A DNA stretch of 57,922 nucleotides from a virus (lineage: Duplodnaviria; Caudoviricetes): IMG/VR virus record IMGVR_UViG_3300042834_000003, positions 1 to 57,922 of that record. One strand, written 5' to 3'. The notes beneath the pieces were generated by a model that was given only the letters and a program-made list of their open reading frames with translations, searched no databases and had not been told where the DNA came from. The position numbers and the translations under genes are program-made. Positions 1-7,805 of this stretch are shown here, piece by piece (positions within the stretch are counted from its first letter, which is position 1; every line of letters starts with the position of its first letter).

Positions 1-86
1 GACGTAGATCATGGGCATGGTTTCACGTGAAACACCAATGCCCCCGCTGCGTGGTACTGGGGGCAGCGGGGGCGGTGGGGTTGTGG
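1..86. repeat. 86-bp inverted repeat, left copy (hairpin + parS)
   Basis: 1-86 is the exact reverse complement of 4915-5000; contains a CCCCCGCTGC/GCAGCGGGGG stem and GTTTCACGTGAAAC. Confidence 0.95.
20..33. promoter_or_regulatory. parS: parS-type palindrome 1
   Basis: GTTTCACGTGAAAC, the actinobacterial ParB-binding consensus. Confidence 0.85.
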
Positions 87-87
87 G

Positions 88-306
88 CTAGTCCGGATCC
101 TGGAACCGCCATTGATCCACGGCGGCCATCAGGGCGGTGGCGGTGCGGTTCACCGGGGCCGGGATGGCGTCCCCGGTGAGGTGGAACGTGAGCCGATCGC
201 CGTCGTGGCCGATGCGGCTCACGGCCACGAACTCCTCACCGTCCCACGTATACAGGTGCCCGTCCCCCGGGCTGTACCGGAACGCTGGGACGTGTGGCCC
301 GCTCAC
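88..306 (-). CDS. hypothetical phage protein
   Basis: 72-aa ORF overlapping the stop of 303-581; ends directly at the inverted repeat. Confidence 0.6.
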   Translation of the reverse strand: MSGPHVPAFRYSPGDGHLYTWDGEEFVAVSRIGHDGDRLTFHLTGDAIPAPVNRTATALMAAVDQWRFQDPD

Positions 307-581
307 GCGGTGGCCTCGACGAACGCCTGAGTCAGCGCCTCGGCCAGCGTGTCGTACGCCCAGAACTCGCCCACGGTGTGGATGTAGGCATCGTCCCCGG
401 TGACCTCGCGGACGCTGTAGCGGCGCTGGCCTTCCCTCTCCTCACTGGTGACGAACCAACGCCCGTTGATCAACTCAGACTCGATCTTGGACTTGAAGAA
501 CGCCATGGTCCTGTCGCTGAACCAGTGCTGGCCAGCCTCACGGTTGGCCTTGATCACTTCCGCCATGGTCGAAAACTCCAT
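303..581 (-). CDS. conserved small phage early protein
   Basis: Start MEFSTM after a GGGAGAGATCCACATG leader; N..AG.HWF...TM.FF.S motif typical of small phage proteins. Confidence 0.75.
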   Translation of the reverse strand: MEFSTMAEVIKANREAGQHWFSDRTMAFFKSKIESELINGRWFVTSEEREGQRRYSVREVTGDDAYIHTVGEFWAYDTLAEALTQAFVEATA

Positions 582-611
582 GTGGATCTCTCCCATCCTC
601 TTCCCGTCGAT

Positions 612-625
612 GTTTCACGTGAAAC
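612..625. promoter_or_regulatory. parS: parS-type palindrome 2 (extends to a 24-bp palindrome, 607-630)
   Basis: TCGATGTTTCACGTGAAACATCGA. Confidence 0.85.
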
Positions 626-931
626 ATCGATCCGTGCCCACGGGCCGGAGTCGAACCGGCTACCAGGCGCGCACCCACCCCGAGGCGGTACCGGGGGGTT
701 GGCCCCGTGAGTCGACCGGGGCTGTCGCTGGCCGCACACCTACGTGCGCAGGGGCCTGTCGCGGCGTGAACCGCTAGGTCAATTCTATCACACAGAGATC
801 GGGAATACTGTGACCTACATCACACGGATTCAGGTGGGCAGGGGGGGGTGGGACTGGTAGTGTTGGGGTTGCAACGGAGAGTTCTGCCCACCGCGACGGG
901 GGCCGGTCCTCCTCTGGCATTCGGGATCGAT

Positions 932-945
932 GTTTCACGTGAAAC
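932..945. promoter_or_regulatory. parS: parS-type palindrome 3
   Basis: GTTTCACGTGAAAC, intergenic. Confidence 0.85.
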
Positions 946-1042
946 CTACACAGTGGCTAGGCAAGCGCCCGGGGCGGGTTCGACTCCCTACCCGGGCACG
1001 ACACGGGGCACGTGACTCCGTGCGGATCGAAGGGTGTCCACC

Positions 1043-1381
1043 ATGGACGTCAACCAGAACCCGTTCCAGCTCAGCTTGGTCTCCGTGTGGGAGTCACTGG
1101 GCCTGGACGATGAGGCCGGATTCATCGGTCCGGGTACCGGCGACCCCCTGATGTTGGGGGTCAAGGGTCTGATGGTCCTGAAGCTCACCGGGGGTGGGCT
1201 TGAGATGATCGAGCACGCGACGCCGGAACTCGCGGCGGAGTGTTTCGTGACGCTCAGGCGCCACGTCGAGGGCGTCATGGCCCTCCGCCAGCACATCGGA
1301 CAGATGTTCGATGACTTGGCACAGCCGAACGCCGGGGGCGACACCATCCCGGCCGACGGCTGGAACCCTTACTCGGTGTGA
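1043..1381 (+). CDS. hypothetical protein
   Basis: ORF with GC3-biased codons and GAAGGG upstream. Confidence 0.7.
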   Translation: MDVNQNPFQLSLVSVWESLGLDDEAGFIGPGTGDPLMLGVKGLMVLKLTGGGLEMIEHATPELAAECFVTLRRHVEGVMALRQHIGQMFDDLAQPNAGGDTIPADGWNPYSV

Positions 1382-1463
1382 CCGAGAGCCCTGGCGAGCC
1401 GTTGGACGGTTCGCCAGGGCACGCCACAAGATCACGTGGGTGATCTTGGCAGAGAGGTACCAA

Positions 1464-1607
1464 ATGTCCGAAAAGACCAGAACCGACGAAGTCGTCTGGG
1501 GAGCATGGGCTCCGGACAGCCCGCTCCCGTCACTCCCTGTGAAGTTCGGGGACGGACGGATCGTCACGGTGGGTGATCTCACGGCACTCACCAGCAGCGA
1601 GTCGTAA
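1464..1607 (+). CDS. small hypothetical protein
   Basis: AGAGG RBS before MSEKTRTD. Confidence 0.5.
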   Translation: MSEKTRTDEVVWGAWAPDSPLPSLPVKFGDGRIVTVGDLTALTSSES

Positions 1608-1738
1608 GCTGGCCCGCTGCCCTGCCCGGCCCCCTCACTGTCCGGGGCCGGGCAGGCTTGGCCCCGGGGCCGTTGAGCCTGTCCCGGGGCCGCACAACCG
1701 CCGACGGCGAGTGACCGTCGGGGGAGAGAGGCAAGACC

Positions 1739-2035
1739 ATGACCATCCAAGAGACTGGCGCCGCGTACGTGGGCGTCGACGTCGACGTCACCGACGAGCG
1801 CGTGGCGGACCTGGCCGACTTCTTGGGGGAGACCCCGGAGGAGGTTCTTGTCCAGGCGGGGCAGTTCGCCAGCGAGAACGGCGACACCGTCTCCGAGGAG
1901 CTTGACGCGGGCGAGGACATGATCGCTCTCGTTGGCACCGAAGACGCCACGGAGAGCGACGACGACGACGACGACGAAGACGAAGACGAAGACGAGCTTG
2001 AGGCTCTGGCGGAAGCTATGGAGTCTGAGTTCTAG
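1739..2035 (+). CDS. highly acidic small protein
   Basis: 98 aa with ~37 D/E, one Arg and no Lys; GAGAGG RBS. Confidence 0.75.
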   Translation: MTIQETGAAYVGVDVDVTDERVADLADFLGETPEEVLVQAGQFASENGDTVSEELDAGEDMIALVGTEDATESDDDDDDEDEDEDELEALAEAMESEF

Positions 2036-2103
2036 ATCGTCTTCGCCCAGCTCAGGTCAGGAGGTGTCCCGGGGTTCGACTCCCCGGGGCACCGCTCCCC
2101 GTT

Positions 2104-2117
2104 GTTTCACGTGAAAC
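2104..2117. promoter_or_regulatory. parS: parS-type palindrome 4
   Basis: GTTGTTTCACGTGAAACAAC (2101-2120). Confidence 0.85.
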
Positions 2118-2395
2118 AACGATGATCGACAAGGGAGATCCACATGTACGGACACGGAGAGCTACCGGCCCGGTACATCGGCCGGCGGCGTCGCCCCACC
2201 CGCAGGGACAGGCTTGGAGCCTGGCTCCGCAAGGTCGGCCGCCAGCAGTGGCACTGGTGGGGCCTCGACATCGACGACACACCGTGAGCGGCGCAGAAGC
2301 GGCGGTATACATCGTCCTGATCTTGGCGGTCACCGCCGCGATTGTCTGCATGGTCATTCACAGACCGTGATCAACCCATGCCGCCCGGGATCGAT

Positions 2396-2409
2396 GTTTC
2401 ACGTGAAAC
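2396..2409. promoter_or_regulatory. parS: parS-type palindrome 5
   Basis: GATGTTTCACGTGAAACATC. Confidence 0.85.
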
Positions 2410-2458
2410 ATCACCGGGCGGTGTGGAAGCGCCACGGTGGCGCGGGAAGGAGCAACAC

Positions 2459-2791
2459 ATGTGTGTCATGGAGGTGCGCCCGTCACAGCGGGCGAGCACC
2501 ATCGCCCAGGCACTGGCCCACAACGCCAGCACTCTGGATCGAGACCTGGACATGTTCATTGAGGTGTTGAGCGTCCGCAAGGACTTCGAGACCCTCGCCA
2601 GTGTCCAAGCCGCGCAGGCCGAAGTGCACCGCGCGTACGCGAACCTGCTGGAGATCTTCGGTGAGGAGGTCGCTGGCGAGGTAGCCGACAGTGACGGGCA
2701 CCTACCGGCTGACGATCATGGCCATGAGCGGACGTTCGTGGGGCAGGCACACCACGACGCCGGACTGGCGCGCCGCTTCGAGACGCGCTAG
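2459..2791 (+). CDS. hypothetical protein
   Basis: AAGGAG RBS before MCVMEV. Confidence 0.65.
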   Translation: MCVMEVRPSQRASTIAQALAHNASTLDRDLDMFIEVLSVRKDFETLASVQAAQAEVHRAYANLLEIFGEEVAGEVADSDGHLPADDHGHERTFVGQAHHDAGLARRFETR

Positions 2792-2817
2792 CCCCCAAGG
2801 GGGGGCCGGGCACCGAT

Positions 2818-2831
2818 GTTTCACGTGAAAC
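2818..2831. promoter_or_regulatory. parS: parS-type palindrome 6
   Basis: GTTTCACGTGAAAC, intergenic. Confidence 0.85.
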
Positions 2832-3188
2832 GGTGCCCGGCCCGGGAGGGTCGCAGGGTGGGAACCCTCCCGCCGATCCCTGCAAGACCGACGGAGAGGT
2901 TCGCCGGATGAGCGTCGAACTGTTGTCCACATTGGCTCTCACGTACGTGACTGGGCACGCCACGTACGTCACTCAGGTACCGCCGCACCGCAGGCGCCAG
3001 CACGCCGAGTATCTGCGGTCAGTGCCCAGCACGGTTTGGATCTTCTGCCTACACAACGGCAGATGGATCTTGTGGCAGGTCACCACGTACCTGCCACGCA
3101 AGCGCGGCTGAGCCCGCGCACCCGGCGGGGAGCTGTCGTGGCCCCCGCCGGGACGGAGGCTGTCACCAGGCAGCCGGGAAGGGTCGTC

Positions 3189-3527
3189 ATGACCTACGAA
3201 GAGGCGGTTGCCGCCGGGGTGTCCTGGCTCGACCAGGAGGTTCCCAACTGGCGTCAGTTGATCGACGTCGGCTCGCTGAGCCTGTACAGCCCGTACCTGT
3301 GTGTGCTCGGCCAGTTGGCCGGCGGCCAGAGTTGGGCGGTGGAGACCAACGAGTACAGCGCGTGGCCGTACCACAACGCCTTGATCCACGTTCTGCCCAC
3401 GGGTACGTGGGAGGAACGGAAGGCGTGGGCAGTTGCCCACGGGTTCGCAGTGGCGGCGTCGTTCATGGACGTCACGCCGCTGCGTGACCTCTGGGTCAAG
3501 GAGATCAACAAGTCCACGGTGGTCTGA
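3189..3527 (+). CDS. hypothetical protein, paralogue A (GVxWLD...CVLxQ...HGF family)
   Basis: Shares GV.WLD, CVL.Q, HGFA and W..EINKSTV with 3605-3946. Confidence 0.75.
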   Translation: MTYEEAVAAGVSWLDQEVPNWRQLIDVGSLSLYSPYLCVLGQLAGGQSWAVETNEYSAWPYHNALIHVLPTGTWEERKAWAVAHGFAVAASFMDVTPLRDLWVKEINKSTVV

Positions 3528-3604
3528 CCGTGGCAGCCTCCCGGCGCTGTCGTGGCGTCGGGGGGCACGAGGGGGGCCGTCGGTTCCCCAGATTGGAGAT
3601 CAAC

Positions 3605-3946
3605 ATGTGCGAGGAATGCCGCGACGAACCCCGTACGTTCACCGACGACGAGCGCGCTCAGGTTGCCCGTGGGGTGGCCTGGCTCGACGTTCAGGCGCCT
3701 GGGTGGCGCACCTACGTCCGGAACTTCAACGTGTCTAACCCGTACAACTGTGTCCTGGCACAGGTAGCCAAGACGGAGGGGTGGAACCAGGAATACGGCT
3801 CTCCGTACACGGCTGGCCTGCAGCACGCCGTGCCGATGGTGAACGACGATTGGGGCCCGGCCGCTGATTGGTCGCACACCCACGGGTTTGCCGGGGGCAA
3901 TCAGGGGTTGTGGGAGGAAGAGATCAACAAGTCCACGGTCAGCTGA
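3605..3946 (+). CDS. hypothetical protein, paralogue B
   Basis: Paralogous to 3189-3527; GGAGATCAACATG leader. Confidence 0.75.
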   Translation: MCEECRDEPRTFTDDERAQVARGVAWLDVQAPGWRTYVRNFNVSNPYNCVLAQVAKTEGWNQEYGSPYTAGLQHAVPMVNDDWGPAADWSHTHGFAGGNQGLWEEEINKSTVS

Positions 3947-4025
3947 CTGTGGCAGCCTGGCCGTGCTGTCGTGGCGCGGCCAGGCACGCGGACACCTACC
4001 AGGGTGGCCGAGATGGGAGATCAAC

Positions 4026-4352
4026 ATGAACCAAGATCAGGCTAGGACCAACTGGGCGGCGTGGGGGTTCACGTGGCTGATCGTCGTGACGATGCTGGTC
4101 ACGTTCGCTCTGTCCGCGTGCGGACCCACCGCGCCGGTAGCGTCTCGTGCGCCCGCATGTGCCTCGGAGGATGGGGCCGGTCCTGACCAGGGCTACCCGT
4201 GTCAGTGGGACTGCCGGGTGCAGGGTAACCGCCTGTGCGGACGTCGGGGTCACCCCGTGATCCTGTACGTTGACGGGCCGTGCCCGACCGCGCTACCCGA
4301 CGACACCACGTGTATCAACATCAACACGTGGTCCACGCCCGGAGCGAGCTAG
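4026..4352 (+). CDS. putative Cys-rich lipoprotein
   Basis: Hydrophobic N-terminus followed by lipobox LSAC; several further Cys. Confidence 0.65.
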   Translation: MNQDQARTNWAAWGFTWLIVVTMLVTFALSACGPTAPVASRAPACASEDGAGPDQGYPCQWDCRVQGNRLCGRRGHPVILYVDGPCPTALPDDTTCININTWSTPGAS

Positions 4353-4595
4353 CTCATGATGCCGTCCATGCGGCGCCGCGTGTACCGACGCGCGGCGCTC
4401 GCGTGGCTGGCGTCCAGGCCTCACCAGGCTCTGGAGATCCTGACCGCTGCTGGGCTGGCTCGGGAGTGGCCCACGTTCCAACGGGTCGCGTTCCGGCTAG
4501 CTCGGGAGCGGTTCCTCCGGCGCATGCCGCCGGTCGCCTAGCCACGCCCACCACTGCGAGCCTCCGCCCCGTGACCCGGGTCGGGGGCTCGCTGT

Positions 4596-4609
4596 GTTTC
4601 ACGTGAAAC
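4596..4609. promoter_or_regulatory. parS: parS-type palindrome 7
   Basis: GTTTCACGTGAAAC, intergenic. Confidence 0.85.
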
Positions 4610-4710
4610 GCCCTGAGAGCCACGCTGAGCCAAGATCCGGGGCGGGTCCTACCCCCACCCACCCCTGGGGTGTGGTAGGCTAGGGGCAGCCTCACAGAGA
4701 GGAGTTCCCC

Positions 4711-4914
4711 ATGGAACTCGACTACAGCCTGATCACGCCTGAGCTGGAAAGCCTCACCACCCAGCTAGGCAACGCCGGGCAGGAAGACACGGCCGCCCCC
4801 ATGGTCCTGATCCTCATGGCCCTGGACCGGCTACCGGAGGATGTGGCCACCCAGCTCCTCCCCATGCTGGCCACGGTCGCCACCGAGGCAGGGATCTCGA
4901 CCGAGGAGGTGTAA
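4711..4914 (+). CDS. small hypothetical protein
   Basis: GAGGAG RBS; TAGGCT -10-like box upstream; stop abuts the inverted repeat. Confidence 0.7.
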   Translation: MELDYSLITPELESLTTQLGNAGQEDTAAPMVLILMALDRLPEDVATQLLPMLATVATEAGISTEEV

Positions 4915-5000
4915 CCACAACCCCACCGCCCCCGCTGCCCCCAGTACCACGCAGCGGGGGCATTGGTGTTTCACGTGAAACCATGCCCATGATCTACGTC
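4915..5000. repeat. 86-bp inverted repeat, right copy (terminator-like hairpin + parS 8 at 4968-4981)
   Basis: Exact reverse complement of 1-86. Confidence 0.95.
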
Positions 5001-5448
5001 ACACCACGCTGCGTAGCCGTACCAGGGGTGGGAGGGGTATAGTTGATGACACAGGGGTCACCCTGTCCCCTGACTGTCCACATTGGAGTGATCCACTCTA
5101 CCCTACCAAGCGCTTGCTTGATCAAGTTGCCCTGAGCTGGGCCATAGCCTAGTGTCAGGTGGCCGACACAGGGGCAGCCGGTCGCACACATGTGCCAGGC
5201 AGCGGGGCAGGCAGCGGGGGTTTCGGATCTTGGGAGGTGGGGGCTTATGCATAGCCACCTGCCCCGACCCTGCTACTCTAAGCTACATGACTCCCAGTCG
5301 ATATGATGAGACTCGATGCCTGGGATTCTGAGGCCACGTGACGGGACGTGTCCGGGGTGCTGCCAGTATTCAACACTGCATGATCAAATGCATCTTTGGT
5401 AACACTGCATGATTGCCGAGTCAACGATCCGTAGCTGATCCTGAGGCC

Positions 5449-5769
5449 ATGACAGACCTCACCCCCACCGGGGGTATCTACGAAGACGACGTCATCGAGG
5501 CCCAGCCCCGCGTCCGGGCCCAGACGATCCGCCGCCTGGAGCTGATCTGGGAGGCGTGCGCGCCACACATCACCGGGGACGGGGGGAAACCTGATCCGCG
5601 CTTCATCGAGGCCGGGATCAGGTGCCTGGACCGGGAGATCAAGCTGTATCGCCTCGATCAGCCTCATGTGGCCGGCTCCACAGCACCAACACCCTCCGTA
5701 GAGGCTCAGCGACAGGCTGCTATCGCGGCGGTGGTCGAGTTGGAGGCCAGGATGGGTCGAGCGGACTAA
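5449..5769 (+). CDS. possible terminase small subunit-like protein
   Basis: RLELIW...IRCLDREIKLYRLDQP resembles the helical C-terminal motif of actinophage small-terminase-like proteins. Confidence 0.4.
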   Translation: MTDLTPTGGIYEDDVIEAQPRVRAQTIRRLELIWEACAPHITGDGGKPDPRFIEAGIRCLDREIKLYRLDQPHVAGSTAPTPSVEAQRQAAIAAVVELEARMGRAD

Positions 5770-6158
5770 CGGAGCTGTTGTTCCACTACGACATCGACTG
5801 TGATCCTTGAATCTTGGTGCCTGGCCTGCACAGATGGTGTTTCGGTGGAATAAGCGCTTCTGGAACAGCCTCCGGAAGTTCTCCTTTCGTATACACACGT
5901 ATCATGATCACCTTCTCCCTCTCTCTATGGCTACTTACGGAACTACTTCCAATGTTCCAAAGAGAAAAAAAAGAGAGAAAAAGAGGGGGTGACCAGCGTA
6001 TATAGATGCTGATAGTTATTCCGGGATCTGGAACAGTGTTGTTCCGCGTTGTTCCGGGCGCCCGATATGTGTCGTATCTGGGGTGGGGTAGCCCCCGGGG
6101 AGGGGTGGGTATCCGGGAGGGGTAGCCCCGGGGAGGGGTGGGTAGTAGAATTGGGGGT

Positions 6159-6413
6159 GTGAACTGGAGAGAGTGTCGTGCTCGTCTACGCGACGAGCGG
6201 CTTGCCCAGGGACTGACCCAGTGGCAGCTGTCGCAAAAGGTGGGAGTTGTCCAGTCCATGGTGTCTGACTGGGAGTATGGGCGATTTCAGCCGAAACTGG
6301 ATGTTGTGTCCCGTTGGATCGAGGCTCTAGAAACAGAGCTGACCGTCAATGTCAAGGACGGCAACATCAACTACAAGATCCACCACCGAAGGGATGGAGC
6401 AGTATGGGAGTGA
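6159..6413 (+). CDS. XRE-family HTH transcriptional regulator
   Basis: LRDERLAQGLTQWQLSQKVGVVQSMVSDWEYGRFQP. Confidence 0.85.
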   Translation: MNWRECRARLRDERLAQGLTQWQLSQKVGVVQSMVSDWEYGRFQPKLDVVSRWIEALETELTVNVKDGNINYKIHHRRDGAVWE

Positions 6414-6883
6414 ATGAGGCGCGTATGGCCCTGTGGGCCGACGCACTGGAATCGGGGGAGTACGAGCAGGGGCCGGGCCGCCTGTGTAGTTGGCGTTTGC
6501 CTGACCCCCGGAAGTACTGCTGCCTCGGCGTGGCCGTGATGGTCGCGTACAAGAACGGCTTCCGGATCACTGAGGACCTGCTCAGGGACCGGGAGATTCA
6601 ATTGGAGCCGTGGGAGATGGCCCTCGTCACCAATCCTGAGTCGGATGTACCTAATGATCTGCTTTGGCAGGTTATCGGCAACGGCACTCTCCACGAGTGG
6701 TACGAGGTCGCGGCCTGGTATGGCGTGGAACTCGAAGACGACCGGGCCTTCATCCTCAGCGAGGAATCGGACGCGGACGGTTACCCGATCGCGGCCGTGG
6801 AGGCCAACGACAAGCTCGGCTGGGACTTCCCCCGGATCGCGCAGGCGCTCAGGGCCCGATACATCGCAGGAGGCCAGTCATGA
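6404..6883 (+). CDS. CCLGV-motif phage protein, copy 1
   Basis: W.DALESG.Y.QG.G.L...YCCLGVA...ANDK..W.F..IA. Confidence 0.8.
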   Translation: MGVNEARMALWADALESGEYEQGPGRLCSWRLPDPRKYCCLGVAVMVAYKNGFRITEDLLRDREIQLEPWEMALVTNPESDVPNDLLWQVIGNGTLHEWYEVAAWYGVELEDDRAFILSEESDADGYPIAAVEANDKLGWDFPRIAQALRARYIAGGQS

Positions 6884-7299
6884 GCCCCCAGGACCCGGAG
6901 TACCCGTACAAGGCCAGGGTCCGGATGTGGCGGGATGCCCTGCTCTCGGGGGACTACCCCCAGGGGCAGGGATACCTCCGTATAGAACGCTGTGTCAGCG
7001 ATCAGGACCCGACACGGGAATGGAAGTACTGCTGTCTGGGCGTCGCTACAGATGTTGCGTTGAAGAACGGGCTCACGAGCTTCGGCTTCGTAGACGAGCG
7101 CGGGGCGCAGAACCCTGCCGGCAACAGTGTCCTGTGGCCTGAGGTGGCCGAGTGGTACGGATTTGAGAGTTCCAACCCTGAAGTAGCGTCCGGTCTCACC
7201 GCCTGTTCCGCCAACGACAACTCCATGTGGACCTTCACCATGATCGCCGCAAGTCTGAGTATCCATTACCGCCTCGACGAGCCTGAGGAGAACGAATGA
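6880..7299 (+). CDS. CCLGV-motif phage protein, copy 2
   Basis: WRDALLSGDYPQGQGYL...YCCLGVA...ANDN..WTF..IA; ATGA overlap. Confidence 0.8.
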   Translation: MSPQDPEYPYKARVRMWRDALLSGDYPQGQGYLRIERCVSDQDPTREWKYCCLGVATDVALKNGLTSFGFVDERGAQNPAGNSVLWPEVAEWYGFESSNPEVASGLTACSANDNSMWTFTMIAASLSIHYRLDEPEENE

Positions 7300-7805
7300 C
7301 TGTGAACGTGGAGCGGGTCTGGCTCTGGGCGGAGGCCCTGGAGTCAGAAAAGTATCGGGACAAGCAGGGATACGGGGCCCTCTGGCGCATATACCCGCCC
7401 GGTATTGGATACAGCTACTGCTGCCTCGGTGTAGCCATCGAGGTGGCCTTCGCCAACGGGGTCCGTTACACCAACGAGGATCTAGACGACCTAGAGGAAA
7501 TGGTCCGCCTAGATATTGGAACGGACTACAGCCAAGTAAGTGATCCCTGGGAACTTCCCACTCGCGAGAATGCCACCCTGGGCGGCTGGTCCAAGGTCAG
7601 GGAATGGTATGGATTCGATAATTCGGATCCATATGTTGGATACATACCTTGCGCAGACGCTGAATGCTCCAATGCAGATTGCACCGGTGGCGTAGACGCT
7701 AACCCAATCTGCGCCACGGGAGCTAACGACGACGCTTTCTGTACCTTCCCTCAAATCGCCGCAATGCTTCGGAAGCACTACCCTAAGGAGTCCACTAGTG
7801 AGTGA
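7296..7805 (+). CDS. CCLGV-motif phage protein, copy 3
   Basis: WAEALESEKY..KQGYGAL...YCCLGVA...ANDD..CTF..IA. Confidence 0.8.
   Translation: MTVNVERVWLWAEALESEKYRDKQGYGALWRIYPPGIGYSYCCLGVAIEVAFANGVRYTNEDLDDLEEMVRLDIGTDYSQVSDPWELPTRENATLGGWSKVREWYGFDNSDPYVGYIPCADAECSNADCTGGVDANPICATGANDDAFCTFPQIAAMLRKHYPKESTSE

Noticed and set aside
930-2972. ORFs containing MFHVKH / VSRET peptides
   Set aside because: These are translations of the parS palindrome in intergenic DNA, not real proteins
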